From: Phyllobates terribilis
Taxonomy: Eukaryota
DNA length: 64,000 nt
Direction: 5' to 3'
Assembly (NCBI RefSeq): GCF_046119375.1
Contig: NW_027362771.1
Span: 512,244,001 to 512,308,000, forward strand
Part shown: positions 61,524 to 64,000 of the stretch, piece after piece
How positions within the stretch are numbered: the stretch's first letter is position 1
Layout: the number at the start of each line of letters is the position of its first letter
The notes under the pieces: generated by a model
What the model saw: the letters and a program-made list of their open reading frames with translations, nothing else
The model's database searches: none
Told to the model about the DNA's origin: nothing
Made by a program: the position numbers and the translations under genes

Positions 61524-62855
61524 CCCTTTCACAACCTTGGGTTTTTCTGTTTTTGCGAATTGCCTCTTCAGAGAAAGAGAGGACTTGTACTCTATATATT
61601 GCACGACTCGTTAAAGGGTTGATTGTGACTTGTAGGATCGCTGCTTCCAATAGGTGGCGCTATAGAGTACAAGTCCTCTTTTTCTCTGAAGAGTTAATTT
61701 GCATATTAAATTTCCCAGAGGAGCATTGCACGGCAAACAAGCCTCCATACCTTGACGTGCCAGAGCTGGTGTGTCACTCTCCATAAGGAGAAACGTTACC
61801 CCTTCGACCTCTGTTTTTGCGGTGTTTGTTTTTTGCTCCCCCCTTCTTCCCAGAGCCATAGCATTTTTACTTTTCCATCAATATGGCCATGTGAGGGCTT
61901 GTTTTTCGCGGGACGGGCTGTACTTTTGAACGACACCATGGGTTTTACCATACTGTGTACTGGTACATGGAAAAAAAAAATCAAAGTGCGGTAAAATTGT
62001 AAAAAAATTCCACAATTGTTTTTTTTTTTACCATGTTCAGTAAACTCTAAAACTGACCTGCCATTATGATTCCCCAGGTCATTACGAGTTTGGAGATACC
62101 AAACATGTATAGGTGGTGGGGGAAAAAAAAAAAAAAAAAAGACATTTTCCGAGACCCGTTGCGTCTCTATTTTTCGGGATCTGGGGCCGGGTGAGGGCTT
62201 ATTCTTTGTGCGTCGAGCTGACGTTTTGATGGATACCATTTTGGGGTAGATGTGATCTTTTGATCGCCTGTTATTTGCGAACAAAAAAAACCTTAATTCT
62301 GGCGTTTTGATTTTTTTCTCATTACGCCGTTTACCGATTGGATTAATTCTTTTTATATATCAATAGATCGGGTGATTCTGAACGTGGTGATACAAAATGT
62401 GTAGATTTGATTTTTTTTTTATTGTTTGATTTTGAATGGGGCAAAAAGGGTGGGGGGCGATTTGAACTTTTATTTATTTAAAAAAAAAAAAATGTAACTT
62501 TTCACTTTCTTTAATAGTCTCCATGGGAGAGGCTTCATCCTAAAGTGTGTAACAAAAGTGCTCACTTGCTATGAGCGTGAATCGCTGGGAGGTGACCATG
62601 ACAACAGCAGGGGTCTCTTGCAGACCCCGGATTATCATGCCAACCCATCGGCGACCCTCGGTCATATGACTAGTGACAAACTTCCGGATGACAACGGCAT
62701 TTAACATGTTAACAGCCGCGGGTGGATCGTGATTCCACCCGCGGCTGTTAGAGGCACATGACAGCTGATCAGATCAGCTGTCATGTCCCTGGAAAGGTGC
62801 GGGCTCAACTCCGGAGTCCGCGCCAAAAAGGTCCGCGTCCAAGGTCATTAAGAGG
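61524..62855. mobile_element. piggyBac-like element of the same family as 54599-55809, in opposite orientation, cds2 intron 1
   Basis: TTAA|CCCTTTCACAACC start, ggtcattaagagg|ataa end; 61820-62000 aligns by eye to the reverse complement of 55600-55790; interrupted at 61558-61809. Confidence 0.8.
61558..61809 (+). mobile_element. Retrozyme-like short retroelement copy 2 (inverted head + segments B-C-A), inserted in a piggyBac-like MITE
   Basis: 12-bp TSD TCTGTTTTTGCG (61546-61557, 61810-61821); the first ~42 bp are the inverted complement of 61661-61702. Confidence 0.75.
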
Positions 62856-63664
62856 ATAATGATCGGGACCAATAGAGTGAGATGCGCCTAATTCTTTAAG
62901 AGGTCTCTCAGAGAAAAAATGAAAAATCCATATAGACATCTTCGGGGAGGCGACATCTCACCCTCACATTGAAGATATGGGATTAATTATAACTGGGGAA
63001 GTGAGAAAGAGCAAACACTTCAACCTCCATTGAAGTAGGACCTCCTGCTGTAAACAGGTAATTACATCAGGGGATCTGCTTAGAGCCAGCCACCAAGTAT
63101 AGGATTCGCATACTCCAAGGCGGAGAAGTACACTTCCCGAGATTGAGATTCCTTTGAACAGAGGAATCCCCTAACACTCTGGAGCCAGTGGTCAATGATG
63201 AATATTGGGGTTTACACGGATCCAATATTTATGAGAGATATATTTTCGGCGTCATGGCGAAGTGATGAACATAACACATTCACTCACATCACTGTAAAGC
63301 CGGCCTAACACCTCCAACTTTACATCACACTAGATGGATGATGCTATCCATGCCATGTTTCATCTCTATAAAAAGAAAAAAATTGAGATAATGAAAATGA
63401 CGACAATATCTCCATCCTGGGACCTCCAGGGGCAAAGAGATCCTGGAACCCTACTCTGTGCTCCATGGGATTGTGGTGATCCTAGGGGTCAAACTCCCAG
63501 CAATCAGTAAGTTATCACCTATCCCATGGGTAGGTCATAATCTACAAACTGTACAAACCCTTTAAAGAGCGAGATGATACCAAATCCAAAAAGAGGTCTA
63601 AAAGGTAAAGTTTATCCTTGTGGATAGTGCCAAGCCAGTGTATGAAGACTTCTAGCCACGCAAT

Positions 63665-64000
63665 TGTCATGCAAGGTGCGTGAAAGACTAAGTGCAAAAC
63701 AAAGGGATGGGGGGAAAGAGGGGAGTGAAGACCTCCTAGACTGATCTGATATCACCCTTTCTCCCCTAACGTCCCTATACATGTTCCTCACCAATCGCCG
63801 CACACGAACCTAAACCCTGTATTTCTCCAGTGCTTGGCCCAGGATAGGGAAGGGGGATGAGCACTAGTCAGTCCCCACTAACAGCTAAAGACAACAAGGG
63901 AGAAACACGGGGGAAAGTAGCTTAGCTTTAGCAGACTTCAGAGAGATAACTCCAAGTGTCCTCCTAGCACCACAGAGGAAGATAGCAGTCTGAGAGCTCC
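63665..64000. mobile_element. Possible LTR fragment running off the window
   Basis: Begins TGTCATG after AT-rich sequence with LTR-like composition; the far end is not visible. Confidence 0.3.

Noticed and set aside
62860-63250. LINE ORF2 remnant
   Set aside because: The composition is suggestive, but no RT or endonuclease motif could be read.
58143-64000. cds2 exon 1 and promoter
   Set aside because: No MTELRQR-like ATG exon or CpG island was seen; it is presumed to lie beyond the window.

Overview
Eukaryotic, repeat-rich vertebrate genomic DNA, most likely an anuran amphibian (inferred from the repeat landscape and the protein sequence). The only host gene found is cds2 (phosphatidate cytidylyltransferase 2) on the minus strand. 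Twelve coding exons were mapped by hand (58142 down to the stop at 25155; 1290 nt, phase-consistent, all GT-AG). They correspond to exons 2-13 of the mammalian gene; exon 1 lies beyond the window. Intron 6 holds a complete 9.0-kb hAT DNA transposon (39527-48555) with an 8-bp TSD, TIRs and an uninterrupted 1126-aa BED/DDE transposase. Downstream of the gene is a second, 2.5-kb hAT element with a frameshifted transposase. The rest is MITEs (hAT, Kolobok/T2-like TTAA, PIF/Harbinger-like, piggyBac-like, Tc2-like), Tc1 relics, a probable Helitron interrupted by a solo LTR, minisatellites and one N-gap. The most interesting signal is a short repeat family with a minimal type-I hammerhead ribozyme (51507-51549, minus strand, sense to the cds2 pre-mRNA). 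Its two copies in the window (51378-51625 and 61558-61809) are circular permutations of one ~320-nt monomer, as expected for a circular-RNA-derived non-LTR retrozyme mobilised by Penelope-like machinery. Two other short families show the same inverted-head insertion architecture. All alignments and identities were judged by eye; no searches were run.
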